36,618 nt of DNA from a virus: the UHGV virus genome UHGV-0373331, one strand, 5' to 3'. Of this stretch, positions 27,904 through 35,080 are shown one piece after another. A model generated the notes under the pieces. That model saw nothing but the letters and a program-made list of their open reading frames with translations, was not told the DNA's origin and did no database searches. The translations under genes and the position numbers were made by a program. Position 1 is the first letter of the stretch. The number at the start of each line of letters is the position of its first letter.

Positions 27904-28380
27904 TCACTCCTTGTATTTGAATGTGTAGCCTTTAAGTGTTTTCTTACTACCATCCTTATTTAATCTTTTAAGTGCTTGAGTAACATTTGTTGGAATCAAC
28001 CCAAGTGTTTTAGCGCAACTTTTAGTTGAAGGGAACTCAAGTACTTCCCCGTCTTTGTAAGCATAAATGGCCTTATCTCGCGATTGTCTCTTTTTAAGCT
28101 TCCAAGTGCCATGGTTTAAATTTTCTTTTCTAGTCACCCACTCTAAGTTGCTAACACTGTTATTAAGTTTATTATCTGGGTTAATTAAGAATGTTTTAGC
28201 TACAAGCCTGTGTATTGTTCTGAAATATTTTTCTCCACCATAAGTGATTGTTATTTGCTCATAGCCAAGTTTTGAAATTCTTGTTTTTAAAATTCTCAAT
28301 GTGTTTTTATTTCTCAACCTACCCATGTTACTGATTTCATAGTTTGGTAAATCGTCTAATTCTTTCCAAAGTTCTTTCAT
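27904..28380 (-). CDS. HNH homing endonuclease (NUMOD4 + HNH_3) inserted immediately upstream of terS
   Basis: Start refined to MKELWKELDDLPNYEISNMGRLRN, after AAAGGAGGAGGG. The HNH_3 core is HRLVAKTFLINP...SNLEWVTRKENLNHG. Confidence 0.75.
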   Translation of the reverse strand: MKELWKELDDLPNYEISNMGRLRNKNTLRILKTRISKLGYEQITITYGGEKYFRTIHRLVAKTFLINPDNKLNNSVSNLEWVTRKENLNHGTWKLKKRQSRDKAIYAYKDGEVLEFPSTKSCAKTLGLIPTNVTQALKRLNKDGSKKTLKGYTFKYKE

Positions 28381-28400
28381 AAATAATCCCTCCTCCTTTA

Positions 28401-28440
28401 TACTATTATAATAGCACACATAACAGAGGTTGTCAACTAA
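28401..28440 (-). promoter_or_regulatory. Full-consensus promoter for the packaging/late operon: TTGACA, 17 nt, TGcTATTAT (minus strand)
   Basis: The reverse complement reads GTTGACA ACCTCTGTTATGTGTGC TATTATAAT. It is the only late-region promoter with a consensus -35. Confidence 0.55.
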
Positions 28441-28443
28441 AAT

Positions 28444-28629
28444 TTATAATTCTTCTTTTGGTACTTCCGTAATTTCAAATTTTTTATTACGACCGCCAAG
28501 CTTGGTTTTCAGATCCTTCATATAGCCTCTCTTGAGTCCATAGAAGTCATCCGCTGCAAATTGTGATTTAAATTTGCGTGTTTTCCCAGTTGATAAATCT
28601 TTTACATAAACGGCTTTCGGAGCTGGCAT
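28444..28629 (-). CDS. Small basic protein (61 aa) between the candidate cos region and the packaging genes
   Basis: RBS AAGGGAGG; pI high; no recognisable motif. Confidence 0.4.
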   Translation of the reverse strand: MPAPKAVYVKDLSTGKTRKFKSQFAADDFYGLKRGYMKDLKTKLGGRNKKFEITEVPKEEL

Positions 28630-28686
28630 TGTTCTACCTCCCTTACTTTAGTTTTGAGTTATACGAAAAACTCCCTTATATGTTTT

Positions 28687-28730
28687 ATTATATCATATAA
28701 AAAGAACCCTGTGTTAAGAAACCAGGGTTC
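28687..28730 (-). promoter_or_regulatory. Hairpin (28704-28730) plus extended -10 TGaTATAAT (reverse complement of 28687-28695)
   Basis: GAACCCTG...CAGGGTTC stem. The reverse complement reads TATATGATATAATAAAAC. Confidence 0.4.
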
Positions 28731-28976
28731 AATGGTGTTTATAGGGGGAACAATCGTTAAAGGGAAATAACACTACATATAGTGGTAAGCCTTGATTTTA
28801 AACACAAGAAACCAGTTTTTTATTACGTTTTTCAAGGGAAAAGGACGTTTTTCAAAGTTCATTTTTAGAATTTCGTGCGAAGAAGAGGGGACAGCGATTA
28901 ATTCGTTATAAAATGTAGGGGGGGTAAAAACATTTTGGGTCTCCCTAAAAATAATTTTGACTGTGCGGTTGTTGAT
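28700..28976. other. Candidate cos (cohesive end) region: non-coding, with G-rich tracts unusual for this AT-rich genome
   Basis: No ORFs are present. It contains ATAGGGGGAA, GAAGAGGGGA, TAGGGGGGGTAAAAAC and GGGTCTCCC. It is flanked by an HNH_5 endonuclease gene and the terS/terL genes, as in HK97-like cos phages. Confidence 0.4.
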
Positions 28977-29369
28977 TTAACGCTGTTCCCTACCTCTATT
29001 TTTCCAACTGTAGCTATGTTCTTCCTTGTTGTGACACTCGTAACAGATTGACTCTAAGTTATTTAAATCAAGTCTATGTTTCCATCCATTTGGACTTCTT
29101 AATTCGATTATATGGTGAACCATGTTAGCGTTGGTATACTTGCCTTGTGCCAAGCATACCTCACATAGTGGTTGCTCCATTAGCTTAGCTTTACGCACGT
29201 TCCTCCATTGGGCTGAATGATAGAAGCTGCTGTACTTCTTATTGTCTTCGTTGTATCTTACATGCTTATTGTATTGGCTATTGTTATACCCTTGATGTGC
29301 GTCACAGTAGCGCTCAGGTAGCGTGACATACGCGCGACACGAAGCCACTGCACACTTACGTTGTGGCAT
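28977..29369 (-). CDS. HNH endonuclease (HNH_5/McrA-like), terminase-associated
   Basis: CEVC...HHIIELRSPNG...NNLESICYECHNKEEH is the HNH core with zinc-binding cysteines. It lies upstream of the candidate cos region and terS, as in HK97 gp74. Confidence 0.75.
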   Translation of the reverse strand: MPQRKCAVASCRAYVTLPERYCDAHQGYNNSQYNKHVRYNEDNKKYSSFYHSAQWRNVRKAKLMEQPLCEVCLAQGKYTNANMVHHIIELRSPNGWKHRLDLNNLESICYECHNKEEHSYSWKNRGREQR

Positions 29370-29413
29370 TACACTTACTCCTTCCTACTATTGTATAGAA
29401 GAAAAGACTACTA

Positions 29414-29596
29414 TTATTTAGTAGTCTTCTTTGTGTTCATACTCTTGCTAACTTTATCCACATCCACTTTAATTCTTGGGTCTGATGCTTTGATGTCTTG
29501 TTCAAATGGTGCATGTTTAACACAGTATTGTGCTGGAAGCTTAACTGTTTCATTACATCCTTCTTGATTGCAGTACATGTATGGCAAACGAAACAC
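29414..29596 (-). CDS. Small zinc-ribbon protein, paralogous to the N-terminus of the 28977..29369 HNH protein
   Basis: CNQEGCNETVKLPAQYCVKHA aligns with CAVASCRAYVTLPERYCDAHQ. The start is uncertain; it may be a TTG or GTG near 29584-29596. Confidence 0.4.
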   Translation of the reverse strand: MFRLPYMYCNQEGCNETVKLPAQYCVKHAPFEQDIKASDPRIKVDVDKVSKSMNTKKTTK

Positions 29597-29616
29597 CTCC
29601 TTTCACTATCAAATGA

Positions 29617-29814
29617 TTATAATCCTAAACTCTTTAGTTTACTGTTAATATCATATAGGTCATTCATTACTCTTGCGTATGCTTCTGCGTGTTGCATGTA
29701 TTGAGCGTCATACATTGGGAGACCAGTTTCTAACTCGTCACGTCTAGCAACTAAGCGAGCTATCTCTATTAGTGTTGGCTCTGCTGGATCAATGATTGGT
29801 TCGTCCATACTCAT
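29617..29814 (-). CDS. Hypothetical small protein
   Basis: ORF only. Confidence 0.35.
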   Translation of the reverse strand: MSMDEPIIDPAEPTLIEIARLVARRDELETGLPMYDAQYMQHAEAYARVMNDLYDINSKLKSLGL

Positions 29815-29819
29815 TCCTC

Positions 29820-30002
29820 CTAGAAGTTATAGTGCTGTTTATTACGTACAATCATATCATTATCCTGTACTATCTTAATAGCTTCTTCAAGTGTTGGATC
29901 TTTAGTGTTGGCTGACACTTCTTGTAGTTTACTTTCTAACTTACGATACTCTTTTAATAGGTCTGTTTTGTTTAGTGCTAGTAATTGTTTGTCTGTCTTC
30001 AC
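29820..30002 (-). CDS. Hypothetical small protein
   Basis: ORF only. Confidence 0.35.
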   Translation of the reverse strand: MKTDKQLLALNKTDLLKEYRKLESKLQEVSANTKDPTLEEAIKIVQDNDMIVRNKQHYNF

Positions 30003-30187
30003 TTGCGATTACCTCCTAATAACCAGCTCCACACGATAACCAGTTGTGCAATTGCAAAGCCCCAATCACCTTGCTGGAATAATTGATATGGTAACTTCAT
30101 ACCTAAATAGATAGCAATGTAACCGAAACCAATGATAATCAAGAGACTTAATATAATTGATAAACTCGTGGCTAATACGTCTTTCAT
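29999..30187 (-). CDS. Small two-TM membrane protein
   Basis: Hydrophobic segments SLSIILSLLIIIGFGYIAIYLG and FAIAQLVIVWSWLLGG. Its start overlaps the upstream stop (ATGA). Confidence 0.4.
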   Translation of the reverse strand: MKDVLATSLSIILSLLIIIGFGYIAIYLGMKLPYQLFQQGDWGFAIAQLVIVWSWLLGGNRK

Positions 30188-30249
30188 TGTATCTCCTCCT
30201 TGTTTCTATTATATCATAGATAAGGGATATTGTGTTAGCTAAGTAAACC

Positions 30250-30590
30250 AGTTGTTAGTGACAAAAAATCATCCTAAAATTGTCATTTTGTCACTAAATT
30301 GCTTGTTTTTGTCATCGTTTTGTCACTGATTTTGACACCTGAAATCGCTGTAACCCTTGATATATCTACATTCTTATTTTTATAATGACAAAATGACAAA
30401 ATATTATATATAAAAAAAATAAATAAAGTTACTACACTATAATGTAGTAACATAGATATATGGGCTTAAATAAATTATATTTTGTCATTGTGTCATTTTG
30501 ATGAAACTGGTCTCATAAACGTTGATATAATAGGATTCTTGTTGTAAAAACTAGTGACAAAAATAATGTCACTGTTTTGTCACTAGCTGA
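30250..30590. repeat. Iteron / inverted-repeat array (at least 10 copies of TTTGTCA[CT] or GTGACAAAA in both orientations) flanking an AT-rich core
   Basis: The hairpin GTTACTACA-ctataa-TGTAGTAAC lies in the AT-rich core. The repeats are TTGTCATTTTGTCAC, TTTTGTCATCGTTTTGTCAC, ATGACAAAATGACAAAAT and TTTGTCATTGTGTCATTTTG. A 12-bp inverted repeat CTAGTGACAAAA-N12-TTTTGTCACTAG spans 30551-30586. Confidence 0.6.
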
Positions 30591-30600
30591 ATTAAACCAG

Positions 30601-30629
30601 TTGACACTGGTTTGTATACATGCTATACT
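30601..30629 (+). promoter_or_regulatory. Early promoter TTGACA-17-TGcTATACT (TATACTTAGT)
   Basis: Exact consensus -35, 17-nt spacer and extended -10; directly downstream of the iteron array. Confidence 0.6.
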
Positions 30630-30659
30630 TAGTTTATAAATTAAAAGGAGGAAATAAAC

Positions 30660-30944
30660 ATGGTTTTCAATATAACTGAGTTCAGTAATTATGAAGTGAC
30701 TAAAGGAGGTATTGTATATAATAGACACCACAAACCTATCAGACGTAAATGGATTGGTAACAACATATATACTTGTATATATTATATCAACAAGAAAAAA
30801 CGTTTCGTAAGAGTTGATAAATTAGTCTATCAAACGTATGTACAAAATCCACCTTATGACTACGAATTAGAACATATTAATGGTGATGAGGCTAATTGTA
30901 ACTTAGAGAATTTAAAGCATATACCACTTAATAAGAAGGAATGA
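30660..30944 (+). CDS. Short NUMOD4/HNH_3-like protein (94 aa), probably a degenerate homing-endonuclease relative
   Basis: SNYEVTKGGIVYN is NUMOD4-like. LEHINGDEANCNLENLKHIP is an HNH_3-like core. RBS AAAAGGAGG. Confidence 0.45.
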   Translation: MVFNITEFSNYEVTKGGIVYNRHHKPIRRKWIGNNIYTCIYYINKKKRFVRVDKLVYQTYVQNPPYDYELEHINGDEANCNLENLKHIPLNKKE

Positions 30945-30947
30945 ATC

Positions 30948-31235
30948 ATGCAAGTTACATTCACTGGAACACCACACGAAATCATGCAACAATACGCAAC
31001 ATGGTTAGAAACACTTGACCTTGAACAAAAGCTACTATATAATAAAATAGTAATCACAGGAAACAAACAAGATAAAGTACCATTATCAGAGTATAAAAAA
31101 GTAATTCAAGAACTTGCAATTGATAATGGAGGAGGAATAAAAACGATTGACAAAGAAATCATGAGCTGTTACAATGTAGAAAAGAAACGATTTAGCAATG
31201 GTTTCTTTGTCACAGGAATCAAAATAAAACAATAA
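30948..31235 (+). CDS. Hypothetical protein
   Basis: ORF only. Confidence 0.4.
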   Translation: MQVTFTGTPHEIMQQYATWLETLDLEQKLLYNKIVITGNKQDKVPLSEYKKVIQELAIDNGGGIKTIDKEIMSCYNVEKKRFSNGFFVTGIKIKQ

Positions 31236-31240
31236 AACAG

Positions 31241-31269
31241 TTGACACTGACAAACAATCATGCTATACT
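31241..31269 (+). promoter_or_regulatory. Early promoter TTGACA-17-TGcTATACT (TATACTTAAT)
   Basis: Exact consensus elements. Confidence 0.6.
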
Positions 31270-31299
31270 TAATCCATAAGATAAAGAGGAGGAAAAAGA

Positions 31300-31476
31300 A
31301 TGATAACGTATCTTGTAATAATTAATCTATTAGCTGCCGTAGGTATTATAGCTATCATCTATATGATTGATGAGATTAAGACAGATAGAAAAATTAAAAA
31401 AGAAAAAGCACGCAAAGAACAAATGAGAAAAGAGTTATTGGAAATCATTGATGAGATTATGGAGGAAGAAGAATGA
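31300..31476 (+). CDS. Unannotated 58-aa protein with an N-terminal TM helix and a basic/acidic C-terminal helix
   Basis: MITYLVIINLLAAVGIIAIIYMIDEIKTDRKIKKEKARKEQMRKELLEIIDEIMEEEE. RBS AAAGAGGAGG; its stop overlaps the next ATG (ATGA). Confidence 0.4.
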   Translation: MITYLVIINLLAAVGIIAIIYMIDEIKTDRKIKKEKARKEQMRKELLEIIDEIMEEEE

Positions 31477-31853
31477 ACACAGTAGAGTTAAAAGAAGGAC
31501 AAACCTATGTATGTGTGAAATCAAGTGAATCATGGTGGACAGAAGGAAAAGAATATGAGGTGGTATTGAACAGCTGCAATGAACTGTGTCTAGTTGATGA
31601 TGAGTGTTATGCCTGGGCAATTCGTTATTTGAAACCCCATGCTGCTCAATTTAAACTGAAAGAGGAGAATAAAATGAGCACCAACCAACTAATTACATTA
31701 ACTAGAATTGATGACACAAAACTCTATGTAAACATTAATCATATTGCCGCTTTCTACCACAACAAAGCGTGGGAATACACTATTGTCATACTGTCAGACG
31801 GTACTCAATTAGATATAAAAGACTCAGTAGAATCAATTGCTGAATATTTTTAA
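31473..31853 (+). CDS. Hypothetical protein whose N-terminal half resembles the 3139/5205 small-protein family
   Basis: VELKEGQTYVCV...WWTEGKEYEVV...LVDDECYAW. Confidence 0.4.
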   Translation: MNTVELKEGQTYVCVKSSESWWTEGKEYEVVLNSCNELCLVDDECYAWAIRYLKPHAAQFKLKEENKMSTNQLITLTRIDDTKLYVNINHIAAFYHNKAWEYTIVILSDGTQLDIKDSVESIAEYF

Positions 31854-31860
31854 TTAAAAG

Positions 31861-31892
31861 GTATAGCACAAATAAAAAGTTTGTGCTATACT
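31861..31892 (+). promoter_or_regulatory. Hairpin (GTATAGCACAAA-taaaaag-TTTGTGCTATAC) whose right arm carries the extended -10 TGcTATACT (31887-31892); weak -35
   Basis: Same TATACTTAGTACAT context as the promoter at 58-70. Located upstream of the primase-helicase gene. Confidence 0.45.
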
Positions 31893-31905
31893 TAGTACAT
31901 ATTAG

Positions 31906-33513
31906 ATGAGGGAGGAAATGAATAGAATGAATGAACTAACGAAAATAGATTACTCAGCACCAGTTGAGGAATTACTACCAGTGTCAAATAAAAACTTTCC
32001 AAGTGAGGAGTTTGTGGACTTCAATTCAGAATTAGGAAGAATGTACTACGGTGGCAAAGACGGTACACAACCAAAATTTGAGATTCAACAGGAATTATTT
32101 ATTGATAAATTTAACCAACTAGCCTATGTGTACGCTCACCCTAATTTAAACGCTCCATACGTATACAATGCAGACACACGTATCTGGTCTGAGGTAAATC
32201 TAGGTAGTTACAAGTATTCAGATTGGTACTTTGAAAATATTTTAGCACCAAAGTTTACACCACAATTCAGAAACCCAGAGTTTGGGAATGAGATACGTAA
32301 AGAAATGAAGAAACTAGCTCCTGAGTTGGCTAATCGCTCTATGACACGTGGAGAGAATGCACCTCTAGGTGACAATCCTAACCCAAATATTATTGCCTTT
32401 GAAAATGGGACATATGACTTTAAAACAAATGACATTCGTGAGACTAGGTTAGAAGATTATCATACGTTACAATTACCATACCCTTTAATTAAAACAGATG
32501 AGACAGATGAACTACTCGCAAAACAATGGATTGATTATTTACTGAAAGATCAAGCACAGACCTTCTATGAGTACATTGGTTATATGTATTATAGAGAGTA
32601 TAAATATCAATCAATTTTGTATCTCTTAGGTAATGGGTCAAATGGTAAGTCTTACGTAGGTGGGTTTATCATGAATAAATTAATTGGTTTCAAAAATAGT
32701 TCCGCAGTTGGTCTAGACAGCTTAGCAGATAAAAACAATCGTTTTGACAAAGCTTCATTACACCATAAATTATTGAACTTTGAAGCGGATTCAAGTGCCA
32801 ATTTTGTGAAGGGTACTGAGACACTGAAAAAGCTGTCAGGAGGTCTTGATGCTGTTCATGCTGAGAAAAAAGGAAAAGATGCCTTTAGTTTTACAAACTA
32901 TGCGAAGCTAATGTTTTCCATGAATGAATTACCCGCATTTAACGACCGCACAAATGGATGGTATAGACGTATTCTGATTCTAAACTTCAATACCAATCTT
33001 GACACACCAGAAGCACGTGAGCGCATTAATGAGTTCAACAAACAACGTGAGGAACGTGAGTCAAAAGAACAACTAGGTAAATTTGCATGGTTCTGTATTC
33101 AACAATTCAAAAAGATTTTAGACGCAGGCACAAATGGAGAAAACCCGTTCACAGAAACAGAAGATATGATTGCATTCAAGAAAGCATATATTGAATCAAA
33201 CGACCCATCTAAAGAGTTTTTGAGTGAAGTACCTGTTATTGTGGAAGATGAAGAAGGCATGGTTAACCTAACACTATTGAAGAATATCTTTAATGTGTAC
33301 ACAAAAGAGAACAACATTAACAAGTCAATGAACTGGCGTACTATGAAAGAACTATTATTGAAGCAAGGATTTGAGGAAAAACGTACAAGTAAAGCAAGAG
33401 TACTCACTGGTCTAAAAATTGCACGCAACGGAGACAATGAGTCAATTAGACCATATTTAATGAACGCATTAGCAGGTACAGAGTACGCGAACATTTTCAA
33501 TGACGTAGAATAG
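31906..33513 (+). CDS. D5/P4-type primase-helicase (SF3 NTPase)
   Basis: LLGNGSNGKS is the P4-family Walker A, followed by LNFEAD (Walker B-like). The size and the C-terminal DNA-binding-like region fit the D5-like family. Confidence 0.7.
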   Translation: MREEMNRMNELTKIDYSAPVEELLPVSNKNFPSEEFVDFNSELGRMYYGGKDGTQPKFEIQQELFIDKFNQLAYVYAHPNLNAPYVYNADTRIWSEVNLGSYKYSDWYFENILAPKFTPQFRNPEFGNEIRKEMKKLAPELANRSMTRGENAPLGDNPNPNIIAFENGTYDFKTNDIRETRLEDYHTLQLPYPLIKTDETDELLAKQWIDYLLKDQAQTFYEYIGYMYYREYKYQSILYLLGNGSNGKSYVGGFIMNKLIGFKNSSAVGLDSLADKNNRFDKASLHHKLLNFEADSSANFVKGTETLKKLSGGLDAVHAEKKGKDAFSFTNYAKLMFSMNELPAFNDRTNGWYRRILILNFNTNLDTPEARERINEFNKQREERESKEQLGKFAWFCIQQFKKILDAGTNGENPFTETEDMIAFKKAYIESNDPSKEFLSEVPVIVEDEEGMVNLTLLKNIFNVYTKENNINKSMNWRTMKELLLKQGFEEKRTSKARVLTGLKIARNGDNESIRPYLMNALAGTEYANIFNDVE

Positions 33514-33524
33514 GAGGAATAGGA

Positions 33525-33773
33525 ATGAACAAATATTATGTATACACAGTAAACAGTGATACACCGTTTGTAGTAAGAACACACGATGATCTACAAGAAA
33601 CCTATTGGGATACAGTTTGGGATACAGTTTGGGATACAGTTGCAGAATCAGACGGTAAAGGTGTGTGGCGCTTTGAATATGAAGGTGAGGAAAAACCAGG
33701 TAGAACACCAACCAAGTATGATAGTATATTTAGGGTAGAGCATATTGTATCTATTGTAAAAATAATTGAATAA
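33525..33773 (+). CDS. Hypothetical protein containing a 12-nt tandem triplication (WDTVWDTVWDTV)
   Basis: TGGGATACAGTT occurs three times at 33605-33640, in frame. Confidence 0.4.
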   Translation: MNKYYVYTVNSDTPFVVRTHDDLQETYWDTVWDTVWDTVAESDGKGVWRFEYEGEEKPGRTPTKYDSIFRVEHIVSIVKIIE

Positions 33774-33788
33774 TTTTGAACTTTACCC

Positions 33789-33817
33789 TTGACTTATTGT
33801 TGAGGGTATTGTATTAT
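33789..33817 (+). promoter_or_regulatory. Promoter TTGACT-17-TGtATTAT
   Basis: Consensus-like elements upstream of a cluster of small ORFs. Confidence 0.45.
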
Positions 33818-33843
33818 ATAAATATAGAGAGGGAGGAATTAAA

Positions 33844-33935
33844 ATGACATTTATGATGATGGGGTTATTATTTATTGGAGTAGTAATTTATGGAGCTGGA
33901 GTACTTATCCACTGGTTAGAAGAAGGAGGATATTA
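33844..33935 (+). CDS. Unannotated 30-aa hydrophobic peptide (MTFMMMGLLFIGVVIYGAGVLIHWLEEGGY)
   Basis: RBS GAGGGAGG 7 nt upstream. Its stop is followed by the RBS GAAGGAGG of the next gene. Confidence 0.3.
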
Positions 33936-33937
33936 AA

Positions 33938-34120
33938 ATGTATATTGTTGGTAGACATCCAGAACACACGTATGCCATAGAAGTATTGAACGATAAAGGA
34001 GAATGGGTAAGGGATATGTACGATGTACCTATAGATGAATATAGCATAAAGAAGCTGGCTAAACATTATAAATTACGAGGATACACATTAAAACAAATCA
34101 GAATAGTGAAGGTGATTTAA
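33938..34120 (+). CDS. Hypothetical small protein
   Basis: ORF with RBS. Confidence 0.35.
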   Translation: MYIVGRHPEHTYAIEVLNDKGEWVRDMYDVPIDEYSIKKLAKHYKLRGYTLKQIRIVKVI

Positions 34121-34121
34121 G

Positions 34122-34337
34122 ATGGAGAAAATCAATTACAGAAAAGCACTAACAACAGAGAATGATGAGCAAGTACTGGTGGCAACCTACGATAATGATA
34201 GAGATATTTACATTAGATTAATAGACGATGAAGACGATTGGGCTAGTGTGACACTAACTCTGAAAGAGGCACAACGAGTAAAGCGCTACTTAGAAGACGC
34301 TATCACAACTCATATTATAAACTGGGAGGAAGAATGA
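34122..34337 (+). CDS. Hypothetical small acidic protein
   Basis: ORF; its start overlaps the previous stop. Confidence 0.35.
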   Translation: MEKINYRKALTTENDEQVLVATYDNDRDIYIRLIDDEDDWASVTLTLKEAQRVKRYLEDAITTHIINWEEE

Positions 34338-34549
34338 TGTTAACAGTAAAAGACTGGGATGATATTGCTTCAGAATTAGAACCACAAGTAATGTCAAAGT
34401 ACGGCGAGAAAGAACAGACATATATATGGGCACTATATGGCGGATTATTGCAACATATAAAAGACTCAGGCATGACAATTGATGAAGTATTAGTTATTTG
34501 CGAAGAGAAGGCACTAGGTAAAAAGAAAGGATTGAGTAAGAAGTCATGA
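34334..34549 (+). CDS. Hypothetical small protein
   Basis: ORF with ATGA overlaps at both ends. Confidence 0.35.
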   Translation: MMLTVKDWDDIASELEPQVMSKYGEKEQTYIWALYGGLLQHIKDSGMTIDEVLVICEEKALGKKKGLSKKS

Positions 34550-34896
34550 AGGAAGCACAATTCAGTAAAGAAGTAGTGAAATATTTGAAAGAAAAAGGTG
34601 CATTAGTCAACGTAAACACAGCCAACATGTTTGACCGCGTTGGCAGAAGCGATGTGGAGTGTTGCTACAAAGGATATTGGATTAGCTTAGAATTAAAGGT
34701 AGGTAACTACCAGCCAGACCCATTACAAATCAGTTACTTACAAAAAGTACGTGATGCTGGTGGCTTTGGCTTAATTCTGCGTGACACTCTTCAAGAACTC
34801 ATGGTTTTATTATCTTGTATTGATAATGGTATTGAACGACAATATAAACAACCAGAGTTGCCAGAAATTAAAGTAGAGGTGATTGAGTATGATTAA
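34546..34896 (+). CDS. VRR-NUC domain nuclease
   Basis: GRSDVECCYKGYWISLELKVGNYQPDPLQISYLQKVRDAGGFGLIL matches the PD-(D/E)xK VRR-NUC core (D...ELK...Q). It lies upstream of an SNF2-like helicase, the usual pairing. Confidence 0.6.
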   Translation: MKEAQFSKEVVKYLKEKGALVNVNTANMFDRVGRSDVECCYKGYWISLELKVGNYQPDPLQISYLQKVRDAGGFGLILRDTLQELMVLLSCIDNGIERQYKQPELPEIKVEVIEYD

Positions 34897-35080
34897 TTTA
34901 AAAGAATATCGTATTACGTTTGAAGTATATAAATCTGGTAATGAGCATCCGGAAACACATGAGATACCAATGATAGCTAGAACACTAGAGGACGCTGTAA
35001 GCATGTTTGTTAAATATATTAAGATTCCAGAACATAAAACGATTGAAATTATTATGATTGAGAGGTACTACTATGATTAA
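34883..35080 (+). CDS. Small protein, tandem paralog A
   Basis: LKEYRITFEVYKSGNEH...IPMIARTLEDAVSMF aligns with the next ORF. Confidence 0.4.
   Translation: MSMINLKEYRITFEVYKSGNEHPETHEIPMIARTLEDAVSMFVKYIKIPEHKTIEIIMIERYYYD

Noticed and set aside
27904-27953. 50-nt overlap between the HNH and terS ORFs in the track
   Set aside because: It resolves once terS is started at the internal ATG (MARPRK...), which has its own RBS. No frameshift or intron needs to be invoked.
30250-30590. Possible CRISPR array, suggested by the many short repeats
   Set aside because: The repeat units are only 8-12 bp. They occur in both orientations with irregular spacing, and there are no uniform spacers. This fits iterons or operators, not CRISPR.
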